Shown here in pieces: positions 20,460 through 34,300 of a stretch of DNA of 64,000 bases (positions are counted from its first letter, which is position 1; every line of letters begins with the position of its first letter). Made by a program: the position numbers and the translations under genes. The stretch comes from an uncultured Acidobacteriota bacterium (GTDB taxonomy: Bacteria > Acidobacteriota > Blastocatellia > RBC074): the NCBI GenBank assembly GCA_963796275.1, contig CAWCKY010000007.1:800001-864000 (forward strand). The letters are read 5' to 3'. The notes below the pieces were generated by a model. The model had not been told where the DNA came from and made no database searches. It was given only the letters and a program-made list of their open reading frames with translations.

Positions 20460-22002
20460 TTGTCTAAGTCTTTTGAGACCGTCATCATTCTCGATTTTGG
20501 ATCCCAGTACACACAACTCATCGCCCGGCGCATCCGGGAACTGGGAGTCTATTGCGAAATTCATCCATTTGATACGCCGATAACACTCATACGTCGACAG
20601 AACCCCATGGGGGTAATTCTATCCGGCGGTCCCAGCTCGATTTATGAGGAGGGGGCTCCTCATTGCGATCCGGGGATTTTAGACCTCGGAAAACCGATCC
20701 TGGGTGTTTGTTATGGGCTCCAGCATCTTAGCTATTTCCTGGGTGGAAAAGTCGAGCCGTCGTCGCGACGAGAATACGGCGCAGCTACGGTCAGATTGAC
20801 GTCCGGGAGTTTGCTGCTGTCGGGATTACCCGATGAGTTTCCCGTCTGGATGAGCCACGGAGATCACGTCACCGTGGCCCCCCCGGGCTTTCGAGTTATC
20901 GCCGAGACCGAGAATGCCCTTGGCGCTATAGAAAATGTCGAGCGGCGTCTCTACGGTTTACAATTCCACCCCGAAGTTGCCCATACACCTGACGGCAAAA
21001 ATATCCTCAACAATTTCGTTCGTCGAATCTGTGGATGTTCCGGTGACTGGTCCGCCTCAACCTTCATCGATGCGGCAGTAGATAAGTATCTCAGAACAGA
21101 TAGGCGATGGAAAAGCGGTCTGCGGCCTCTCGGGGGGTGTCGATTCAGCGGTAGCCGCCGCCCTCGTCGCCCGGGCGATAGGAGACAGGTTGACCTGCCT
21201 CTTCGTCGACAATGGTCTTTTACGTAAGAATGAATTCGCGAAGGTGTTGGAGTCTTTCGACGATTACGGAAGTTTGAATGTCAAAGGGGTGGCAGCGGGA
21301 GAGCGGTTTCTGACGGCGTTGATTGGAGAAGCGGATCCCGAACGCAAGCGAAAGATCATTGGTCGCGAGTTTATTGAAGTTTTTCAGGATGAAGCCGCTA
21401 AACTTGGGAGAATCGATTTCCTTGTGCAAGGGACGCTTTATCCTGATGTGATCGAGTCGCAGTCGGTGAAGGGGCCATCGGCAGTGATCAAGTCTCATCA
21501 TAATGTGGGCGGCCTCCCCGAAAAAATGCATCTGCGCCTGGTCGAGCCGCTCCGCGAACTGTTTAAAGATGAGGTGCGCAATGTAGGTCGAGAATTGGGG
21601 CTCACTACAACGCTGATCGACCGGCAACCTTTCCCCGGTCCCGGACTGGCAGTGAGAATTCTCGGCCCCGTGGATGAAGCCAAAATCTATTTGCTCCAAG
21701 AGTCCGATAATATCGTGGAAGAAGAGATTACCCGGGCGGGGCTCTATCATAAGTTGTGGCAATCGTTTGCCGTACTCCTTCCCATCCATACGGTCGGGGT
21801 AATGGGAGATCAGAGGACGTATGAGCAGGTGATCGCGATCAGAGCCGTCGAAAGCCTCGATGGAATGACTGCTAACTTCGCGAGGCTGCCCTACGATGTC
21901 CTTGAGAAAATCAGTAGCCGAATCGTAAGCGAAGTTAAAGGTATTAACCGAGTAGTCTACGATATCAGTTCCAAACCTCCCAGCACAATCGAGTGGGAGT
22001 AG
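20460..22002 (+). CDS. guaA: GMP synthase (glutamine-hydrolysing); one +1 frameshift near 21087 in this assembly
   Basis: LDFGSQY, GVCYG and QFHPEV are in one frame; [14 protein letters not shown] and TIEWE in the next. Removing one base gives 513 aa. Confidence 0.95.
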
Positions 22003-22157
22003 TCGCAGTGAATTGCTGGAGGAACCCTTCCAGATTAAACGCTTAAATACTATGATTTAAGATAAATGCAGCGGATCGGGAATAGATTAAGCGTTAGGTT
22101 TAAGCTTGCGGCAACCAGGCAAGCACTTGTATTAAATGTCTGCTTATATGTGTCTAC

Positions 22158-25670
<3,513 letters not shown>

Positions 25671-25692
25671 TCTGTTCGATTAATTAGATAAA

Positions 25693-26526
25693 GTGAGAAT
25701 ATTTATGAACGTTATTAACAAGGATAATCGCCCGTCCGAACCGATGGAACGGGTCTTGCTCGCTCGGAACGATCAACGCCCGTACTCATTGGATATTATC
25801 CAGCGGATATTTACCGATTTCGAGGAGCTTCATGGAGACCGCAGCTTCCGTGATGATCCCGCCATCGTGGGTGGATTCGCCCGGTTCAACGGACGGCCGG
25901 TCGCCATCGTCGCTCATCAGAAGGGAAGGGATGTTGTCGAAAGACAGAAACGAAGCTTCGGAATGCCGAAACCCGATGGCTACCGGAAAGCCCTGCGCAT
26001 CATGAAACTGGCCGAAAAATTCAATCGGCCCATATTCACTTTGATCGATACGCCCGGCGCCTATCCGGGTATAGATGCTGAAGAACGCGGTCAGGCGGAA
26101 GCCATAGCGGTCAACCTGCGCGAGATGGCTCGTCTCAAGGTTCCGATCGTGGTGACCATTACGGGCGAGGGTGGATCCGGGGGGGCGCTGGCGATTGGCA
26201 TCGGCGATGTCATTAATATTCTGGAGAACGGTGTCTATTCGGTCATCTCCCCCGAAGGGTGCGCGGCGATCTTATGGAAGGATGCCGGGATGGCGCCGCA
26301 GGCCGCCATCAGCTTGAAGCTGACGGCGGAAGATCTCATCAATCTCAAGGTGGTCGATCGCATAGTTCCCGAACCCGAAGGCGGGGCACATAAAAATTGG
26401 GATGAGGCATCTCGATTGTTGGCGGAAGCGCTAAAACTCTCTCTGAATGAGGTTGAGTCTTTGAATGTCGAGGAGTTGATTCGTCGCAGATTCAATAAAT
26501 TCAGGGTTATCGGTATGATGGTATGA
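25693..26526 (+). CDS. accA: Acetyl-CoA carboxylase carboxyltransferase alpha
   Basis: ELHGDR, IDTPGAYPG, EERGQ, GEGGSGGA, SVISPEG. Confidence 0.95.
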   Translation: MRIFMNVINKDNRPSEPMERVLLARNDQRPYSLDIIQRIFTDFEELHGDRSFRDDPAIVGGFARFNGRPVAIVAHQKGRDVVERQKRSFGMPKPDGYRKALRIMKLAEKFNRPIFTLIDTPGAYPGIDAEERGQAEAIAVNLREMARLKVPIVVTITGEGGSGGALAIGIGDVINILENGVYSVISPEGCAAILWKDAGMAPQAAISLKLTAEDLINLKVVDRIVPEPEGGAHKNWDEASRLLAEALKLSLNEVESLNVEELIRRRFNKFRVIGMMV

Positions 26527-26533
26527 CGATGTG

Positions 26534-26565
26534 GCGGGTATTGTCGGCGCGCCGACAATACCCGC
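26534..26565. terminator. Perfect 32-bp palindrome between convergent accA and ssb (likely bidirectional terminator)
   Basis: GCGGGTATTGTCGGCGCGCCGACAATACCCGC equals its own reverse complement. Confidence 0.7.
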
Positions 26566-26576
26566 GTTCGCTGACA

Positions 26577-27005
26577 TTAAAATGGTATTTCATCGTCCTG
26601 GCGGCCGCCAGGGTTCATATCGATGTCGTTTGGTCCCGGCGGCGGGAGCGGTTGAGAGCCCTGGGGCCCATCCGTTCGCGAGCCGAGAAACTGGATATCG
26701 GTTGCTGTGACCTCGAGCGTCTGGCGACGGGTGCCGTCCCGATCCGTATATTCTTCCTGTCTCAGCCTCCCCTCGACATAGACCTGTTTGCCTTTCGTGA
26801 GATACTGATTGGCGACCTCGGCCTGTCGTCCCCAAGCCGCTATCCGGAACCAGGTCGTCACATCTTGAGCCTCACCGGCGCGATCTTTGCGTTTCTCGGT
26901 CGTCGCAACCGTGAAGTTGCAGACCGCTGTGCCTTGAGGGGTGTACCTGATTTCGGGATCCCTCCCCAGATAACCCACTATCACTATTTTATTGAAGGAT
27001 GCCAT
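26577..27005 (-). CDS. ssb: Single-stranded DNA-binding protein
   Basis: GYLGRDPE, KGKQVYVEGRL, acidic tail DDEIPF. Confidence 0.97.
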   Translation of the reverse strand: MASFNKIVIVGYLGRDPEIRYTPQGTAVCNFTVATTEKRKDRAGEAQDVTTWFRIAAWGRQAEVANQYLTKGKQVYVEGRLRQEEYTDRDGTRRQTLEVTATDIQFLGSRTDGPQGSQPLPPPGPNDIDMNPGGRQDDEIPF

Positions 27006-27030
27006 TAGTAATTCTCCTTTTTTGGTATTG

Positions 27031-27909
27031 CTACATGGGGCGTTTCTTGCTTTGGGGTGGCACCGTTGATGAAGTTGTTGATGAGTATTCTTCCCCCAGC
27101 CTGCTCAGTTCATTCTTGGCCAGAGTCGATTCGGGAGATGCGGGGAACTGGCTTATCACTGATTTCAGCACGCTCACGCCATCGTTTCGCCGCTCGAGGT
27201 GCAGTAATGTGATCCCCTTTTTCAGCAGCGCCTGTGTATATTTGTCTCCCTTTTGATATTCGGATAGAATGCGCTCGTATTCTTTGAGCGCTTCGTTATA
27301 CCTGGCCAATGAGGAGAGGCTTTCTGCCATATAAAATATCGCATCATCGCTCTCTTCGCTCTGACTCTGGGTATTTAGATATGCTCTGAAGTTGTTTATA
27401 GCAGATTCATGCTCGCCCTTATTGAATTGACTATATGCAATGAAGTAGAGGTCGTCAGGGTTGTTCTGTGGTATTGCGGCAGCGCTCTTTTCCTTCGTCT
27501 CCAATTTCTGCTCGAACCCCTGGATAGATTGCTTGAGATCGTTGATCTGCTGGTTGATGCTGGAAAAATTTTGACCCTGTTTGGTGAGTTGTTCGGAAAT
27601 CCTCTGAAGCTGGGCAGTCGCTCCCGCCAGATTGCTGGTGTTCGATGCTTGAACGAGCTTCAACGAATCTTCGATTGCGGATATGTCCCGTACGGAAGAA
27701 TCCGTGTTGTCCGATATTTTTTGCAGCGAGGCGGTGGATTGTCCCTGCCATTTGTCGAATGATTCCTGTAGATCGCGCATCTGGCGTTGGATGACTAAGA
27801 CCTCGCCTTGTAACTTGATGATCAACTCTTTCTCACCGCTGGCAGGTGAGGTTGCACCGATGATCAAAAATAGGGTTGCTGCAAGGAGTAACGGTTTGTA
27901 TTGTTGCAT
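27031..27909 (-). CDS. cpoB: Tol-Pal associated TPR protein, CpoB/YbgF-like
   Basis: Signal peptide, coiled coil, then TPRs (ALLKKG...FPASPES). Confidence 0.75.
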   Translation of the reverse strand: MQQYKPLLLAATLFLIIGATSPASGEKELIIKLQGEVLVIQRQMRDLQESFDKWQGQSTASLQKISDNTDSSVRDISAIEDSLKLVQASNTSNLAGATAQLQRISEQLTKQGQNFSSINQQINDLKQSIQGFEQKLETKEKSAAAIPQNNPDDLYFIAYSQFNKGEHESAINNFRAYLNTQSQSEESDDAIFYMAESLSSLARYNEALKEYERILSEYQKGDKYTQALLKKGITLLHLERRNDGVSVLKSVISQFPASPESTLAKNELSRLGEEYSSTTSSTVPPQSKKRPM

Positions 27910-28079
27910 AAGAATGTCCCCCTCTTGTGTTTGCCATGTTGATAGTTACCTTAATCAACAATGCTGAAGTATAAGCCCAGGAGGTTGTTACGTAAATGAT
28001 TTTCTGCTAGAGACCGAACCAAGCCGGATAATATAATGCGATACATTAAATGTATTCCTTTATTTGTTGGAATTACCCT

Positions 28080-29789
28080 ATGCTGAGATTCCTGAACATA
28101 ACCAACCTGGCTGTTATAGATTCTCTACAAGTCGAGTTCAAGTCAGGGCTGAACGTATTGAGCGGGGAGACCGGATCGGGCAAGTCGATAATAATCGATG
28201 CCCTCGGGCTACTGCTCGGTGACCGCGCTTCGCCGGAGATGATCCGCACCGGCAGCGATCGCGCGCTGGTGGAGGGAATCTTCGGCGTCGATGGGAATAC
28301 TCCGCTCATCGATCTCCTCTCGGAATCGGGAATAGACGCGGAGCAAGGCGAGCTGATCATTCGCAGAGAATTGGGTGGTAGCAGGGGACGGATCTTCGTG
28401 AATAACTGTTTAGCCAATTCCAGTCTCCTCAAGACCCTGCACCCGCACTTGATCGATTTGCACGGGCAGGGTGATCAACAGAGCCTCCTCTCTCCCGACG
28501 CACATCTGAACCTCTTCGACGCTTATGCGAATTCGACTCAGACGCGTCAGCTGACCGCACAAACCTATGACGATACTTTAAAAGTACTAAAGGAACTCGA
28601 GGATGCGAGAAAGTCCGAGTCGGAGAGGTTGCGGACCCTCGATATGATCGATTTTCAGATAAACGAGATCGAGGGGGCGGGGTTGGCTCCCCGCGAAGAT
28701 AACGAGTTGGATAGCGAGCGGAAATTACTCGCAAATGCGGAGAAGCTTGCACTTCTGTGCTCCGAAGTATATCGGCTGATTTACGAAGACGAAGATTCCG
28801 TATTGACCCGATTGGGAACGTCTCAGCGCCGTCTGGGTGAATTAATAGACCTCGATACCCGCTTCGCCTTCCATCTCGAGCAACTGGTTTCTGCCAGGCA
28901 CGCGCTCGACGATACGGCTGCGTTCGTCAGAGATTATGCTGACGGGATACAAGCATCGCCGGAGCGGCTCAAATTCGTCGAAGACCGGCTCATCGAGTTA
29001 GATAGGTTGAAACGGAAATATGGCAAAAATATAGAAGAAGTCCTAGATACGAAAGATCAGCTGATCGACCGAAGGGAATCGCTGATGCGAAGCGAAGAGC
29101 ACGCGCAGAGACTTGAAAAATTGCTCGGGCAGTCCCTCGATCGGTATCAGCGAACCGCGGCGAGCTTGAGTGAGTTGAGGCGTTCTGCGACGCGCAATTT
29201 CGAGCTATCACTGAAGAGCGAGCTATCTGACGTCGCGCTCGAGACATCCCGTTTTTCGGTCAAATTCAGCGAGGTCGATAATCACCAGCTCGCGGAAAGA
29301 TTACAATCAATGGCGGGTCTCAGCGCTGGGCCGCTCAGGCGATCGGGAAGGGAACACGTGGAATTTTTCTTTTCTGCCAACCCGGGAGAGGATTTGCGTC
29401 CGATAAGCGCGGTTGCATCCGGCGGAGAATTATCCCGGTTGATGCTCGTGCTCAAAACGATTATCGCGCCGTCAAAATTTCCGCGGACACTGATCTTTGA
29501 TGAGATCGATGCGGGGATCGGCGGGAAGGTAGCGGATGCCGTGGGACAACGCTTGAAGCGTCTGGCCGAGACCAATCAGGTATTGTGTGTAACTCATCAA
29601 TCGCAGATCGCCCGCTATGCTGATGCCCATTTTCAGGTATCGAAGGAAGTGCTGGATGGCAGAACGATTACGAGAATCGTCGAATTGAATAAGGAAGGGC
29701 GAATAGAGGAACTCGCTCGCATGATCGGCGGAGCGGAGGTCACCCCGCTGGCAAGAAAGCATGCCAAGGAATTGCTGAGAACCGGCTGA
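28080..29789 (+). CDS. recN: DNA repair protein RecN
   Basis: GETGSGKS, ASGGELSR, FDEIDAG, VTHQ. Confidence 0.96.
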   Translation: MLRFLNITNLAVIDSLQVEFKSGLNVLSGETGSGKSIIIDALGLLLGDRASPEMIRTGSDRALVEGIFGVDGNTPLIDLLSESGIDAEQGELIIRRELGGSRGRIFVNNCLANSSLLKTLHPHLIDLHGQGDQQSLLSPDAHLNLFDAYANSTQTRQLTAQTYDDTLKVLKELEDARKSESERLRTLDMIDFQINEIEGAGLAPREDNELDSERKLLANAEKLALLCSEVYRLIYEDEDSVLTRLGTSQRRLGELIDLDTRFAFHLEQLVSARHALDDTAAFVRDYADGIQASPERLKFVEDRLIELDRLKRKYGKNIEEVLDTKDQLIDRRESLMRSEEHAQRLEKLLGQSLDRYQRTAASLSELRRSATRNFELSLKSELSDVALETSRFSVKFSEVDNHQLAERLQSMAGLSAGPLRRSGREHVEFFFSANPGEDLRPISAVASGGELSRLMLVLKTIIAPSKFPRTLIFDEIDAGIGGKVADAVGQRLKRLAETNQVLCVTHQSQIARYADAHFQVSKEVLDGRTITRIVELNKEGRIEELARMIGGAEVTPLARKHAKELLRTG

Positions 29790-29998
29790 TAGGGCTGATC
29801 TAAATGCAAAAATCTGAGCGGAATTTCGCCACAAAACCGCAACCGCACAAAAAATATATTTTTGAAAGAGGGTAGAAGATGTTTTGTTTTTCTTGGTTCT
29901 GGCACTGGTCGCGACTCTTCCAGCTTGAATTGCCCTCGTGCCCGGTTTAATTATCTTGTGGATGGACAACAGTTGGTATATAACGAGACTGATTTCAT

Positions 29999-31390
29999 AT
30001 GAAAAAGAAGTATTATCTCGAGACTTACGGGTGCCAGATGAATATGCACGATAGCGAGAAGGCATCTTTCGCCTTGTCGGGTGTGGATTATGTGTCTACT
30101 TCCGATCCTGTCGATGCAGACCTCATCCTCCTCAATACCTGTATGGTGCGAGAGAAGGCGGCGCGTAAAGTCTACGCCAGGGTGGGCGAGTTAAAGAATC
30201 AAATTCAACGCGCGCATAATTTAATTGATTCGAATAAGAAGAAGAGGCCCATATTCGGCGTGATGGGGTGTGTCGCGCAGGCGGAAGCGGACCGGTTGTT
30301 CGAGCATAGTCAGGATGTGCGGCTCGTCCTGGGCACTCAGGCGATATCGCGGCTTCCCAGGCTGATGGAGCAATTGGATCAGGGATTCCCGCGCGCTATC
30401 GATGTTCGTTTGACCAAGGACGCGGAGTTCTTCGAATTGCAGAGCGATGCGCGTCAGACGAAATATATCGCTTATATAACTATCACGGAAGGTTGCAATA
30501 AGTTCTGCTCTTTCTGCATTGTGCCGTTCACCCGTGGGCGGGAGCGCAGCCGGCCGGCAGATCGAATCATCGAAGAGGCCAGGAGTCTCGCTCAGCAAGG
30601 ATATAAGGAAGTCCAGTTACTCGGTCAAAATGTCAACAGCTATGGGTTGAGCGGACGGTATCATGGAAATAACATCGGAGGTGAGCAAGACACCGAGGAG
30701 ATAAGCTTCGCCAGACTGCTTGAGAAGATTGCATCTAAAAGCGGCCTCCCCCGCATCAAGTACACGACCTCGTATCCCAGAGATTTTGACGATGAGATCG
30801 TCAGGGTGATGGACGATTTTGATAACCTCTGTGAGTGGATACATCTGCCCGCGCAATCCGGCAGCGATAGAGTGCTGCGGGCGATGAGGCGCGGATATAC
30901 GCGGTTCGAATATCTGGATAAAATTGATGCGATCAAAAAAGCGAAAAAAGATATATCGATCACCGGTGATATGATAGTCGGGTTTCCCGGTGAGACCGAC
31001 GATGACTTCAATGACACTCTTAGTCTCGCGGCAGAAGTCGGATACGATGGTTTGTACATATTCAAATACTCTCCCAGGCCCAGGACGCCTGCTTCAACCT
31101 ATTCCGATTCAATTCCAGAAGAAGTCAAAACGGAGCGATTTTTAAAGCTCCAGGAGTTGCAGGATAGAATCCAAAAGGAACGTTATAAAAGATATTTAGG
31201 CAGGACTCTTGAGGTGCTGGTTGAGAATCAGAGCGCTCGCTCCGATTCCGATTATTCAGGACATACTCGTTGTCATAAGGTAGTAAATTTCCCAGCTAAT
31301 GAAGCGATGCTCGGCAGGCTGGTGGAAGTTAAGATCACTGAGGTGAAGCCGCATAGCCTTTACGGAAACATGGTTAAAGTAATACTTTAA
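29999..31390 (+). CDS. miaB: tRNA-2-methylthio-N6-isopentenyladenosine synthase
   Basis: TYGCQMN, CNKFCSFC radical-SAM motif, TRAM domain. Confidence 0.95.
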   Translation: MKKKYYLETYGCQMNMHDSEKASFALSGVDYVSTSDPVDADLILLNTCMVREKAARKVYARVGELKNQIQRAHNLIDSNKKKRPIFGVMGCVAQAEADRLFEHSQDVRLVLGTQAISRLPRLMEQLDQGFPRAIDVRLTKDAEFFELQSDARQTKYIAYITITEGCNKFCSFCIVPFTRGRERSRPADRIIEEARSLAQQGYKEVQLLGQNVNSYGLSGRYHGNNIGGEQDTEEISFARLLEKIASKSGLPRIKYTTSYPRDFDDEIVRVMDDFDNLCEWIHLPAQSGSDRVLRAMRRGYTRFEYLDKIDAIKKAKKDISITGDMIVGFPGETDDDFNDTLSLAAEVGYDGLYIFKYSPRPRTPASTYSDSIPEEVKTERFLKLQELQDRIQKERYKRYLGRTLEVLVENQSARSDSDYSGHTRCHKVVNFPANEAMLGRLVEVKITEVKPHSLYGNMVKVIL

Positions 31391-31471
31391 AAGTTGAGTC
31401 ACAACAAAGCTGGGGGGGCAATGAGGCAAATGGGGCACATCAGGCAACGCGATCGAAAAGGAGGTGAGTAA

Positions 31472-31951
31472 GTGATAGAAAAGGAAGTTAAAGTACGCGG
31501 TCTCATAATAGATCCCAATACGAACTCCCCCATAGTTCTCTTGAAAGATATCGGAAGCGAGGCGATGTTACCGATCTGGGTCGGGCCATACGAGGCGAAT
31601 TCAATTGCTATGGAGATAGAGAAGAATGCGCCTCAACGGCCGATGACGCATGACTTGTTGCGGAACGTGATCAATCAGATGGGTGGTGTCGTTCAGCGGG
31701 TGATAGTGACGGATTTACGTGATAACACATTTTATGCAGTCATTGAAATAATGGCTGCCGACCGCGTTGTCTTCATGGATTCTAGACCGAGCGATGCGAT
31801 AGCCCTGGCTCTACGCGTTGATTGTCCTATATTTATTCGCGAAGAGGTTCTCGAATCGCATCGGATCGATGAAACCGTGAAGGTTACCGATGATGAGGGA
31901 GATGAAGAGGTCGATTGGCCTGAGGAGATAGATAGCGATTATAAAATGTAG
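31472..31951 (+). CDS. Bifunctional nuclease domain protein (DUF151)
   Basis: LPIWVGPYEA, RPMTHDLL, DSRPSDAIALA. Confidence 0.92.
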   Translation: MIEKEVKVRGLIIDPNTNSPIVLLKDIGSEAMLPIWVGPYEANSIAMEIEKNAPQRPMTHDLLRNVINQMGGVVQRVIVTDLRDNTFYAVIEIMAADRVVFMDSRPSDAIALALRVDCPIFIREEVLESHRIDETVKVTDDEGDEEVDWPEEIDSDYKM

Positions 31952-32159
31952 GGTTCAGTTTCGTTCGAATCCTCAGCTTTTTTTACGCTCACATAAATTA
32001 ACAAAGGGAGTCGCAAAGACAGTCGTAAGGTCGGCACGGACGACAAACAGTTACCGAGAAGATAGGAAGGATTTACAGGATCTTCAAGGTGTATCTCGAT
32101 CGACTCAATCCTGAAATCCGGTAAAACCGATCTATTTTTTATCTCTGGGGAGGGTTTGA

Positions 32160-32917
<758 letters not shown>

Positions 32918-32928
<11 letters not shown>

Positions 32929-33766
32929 ACGTGGTTTGCCTGCTACTCTGAAGATGAGACATGACCGTCATTATGTGGAGGAGCTCTCTTCGCTCCGCGG
33001 TGGGCCGATCGGTCGAATGATTGCGATCGATCGTTTGGAACCAAATCCCAATCAACCGCGCATTGAAATCGGTGAATTGGATGAATTGATCGCTTCGATC
33101 AAAGAAAAGGGAGTTCTCGAACCTCTTCTAGTTCGTCCTTCGCAAGTCGGCGGCCGGTACATGATCATTTCGGGTGAGCGGCGTTATCGCGCCGCGAGAG
33201 AGGCTGGGTTGAGAGAAGTCCCATGCATCGAGATGGATGTAGATGACAGGGCAGTCGCCGAGATCGCGTTGATCGAAAACTTGCAACGAAAAGACCTCAC
33301 TCCTTTCGAAGAAGCTAACGGCCTGCAATTGCTCGTCGAACGGTTCGGATATACGCACGAGGATATAGCCCGCAAAATAGGCAAGGCTCGCACCACAGTC
33401 ACCGAAGCCCTGACGATCGCCACGATGCCGGCTGATGTCAAAGAACAGTGCCAACGCGCAGACATCTTATCCAAAACGCTCTTGCTGGAGATCGCAAGAC
33501 AGCCAAATCACGAGGCGATGACGGAGTTTGTCGGCCGCGTCGTGAAACAGGGTATGACGCGCGATGAGGCTCGCAAGGCGCGTAAAAATAAACAGGCACG
33601 GCCGCAGCCATTCATTTATCATTATGCCGCGCCCAATCGTGAGTACACGCTGGAGATCAAGTTTCGGCGCTCTTCCGTCACTCGAGAAGAATTGATCGGT
33701 TTGATGGAGGCTCTGGTTGATGAGCTGAAGTCTTCGCTTGACGATTCTTCTACCGAAGTTACGTAG
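32918..33766 (+). CDS. parB: ParB/Spo0J family protein
   Basis: [34 protein letters not shown]. Confidence 0.93.
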
Positions 33767-34300
33767 AGTTTTAAATGGATCGTATCAACTTAATCACATG
33801 ATCCAAGATTCTGTTTTTTCGATCCGAATGACTGATCGTGGTCGTGTGAGATGCACGAGGACCGGGGTTAGACTCCTGATGAAATGTGGCGAGCTCGGCG
33901 AGTTGGCAGAAACAGGGATCGCGCATCGGCAGCCATTCATAAAAGCCACGCCTTTATGTAGTCGAGTTTAACGTTTTCAAACGGCCCATTTTTATTCATT
34001 ATTTGGGATAATGAAGTAATTTCCTTGCTCAACCTTTACCGCACTGGGCGGTATCAGGGAAGCGGTTATCAAACCGGCACTCTTTAACCTTACCGTATTT
34101 GCTGGAGAAAGGTCTCCGTAGTCGTTCATCCCCGCGTCACCATTCCATTGAAGCTTCGGTGATCTCGAGGCGGGAAGAACTACAATTACAGCTCCTGGTG
34201 ACGACCACCGGCTGCGAAACATGAACCGCAGGGTTGTCAGTTAAAACGTGGGTTTCGCGCTGAAGAATTCGCGGGAAACCTCCTTTTGAGATAGTTAAGG

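Noticed and set aside
25693-25750. Truncated or frameshifted accA N-terminus
   Set aside because: There is no upstream room for a missing segment, and short AccA forms are known.
33992-34222. 76-aa ORF between parB and the PP2C sensor
   Set aside because: No recognisable motif or RBS; cannot be supported.
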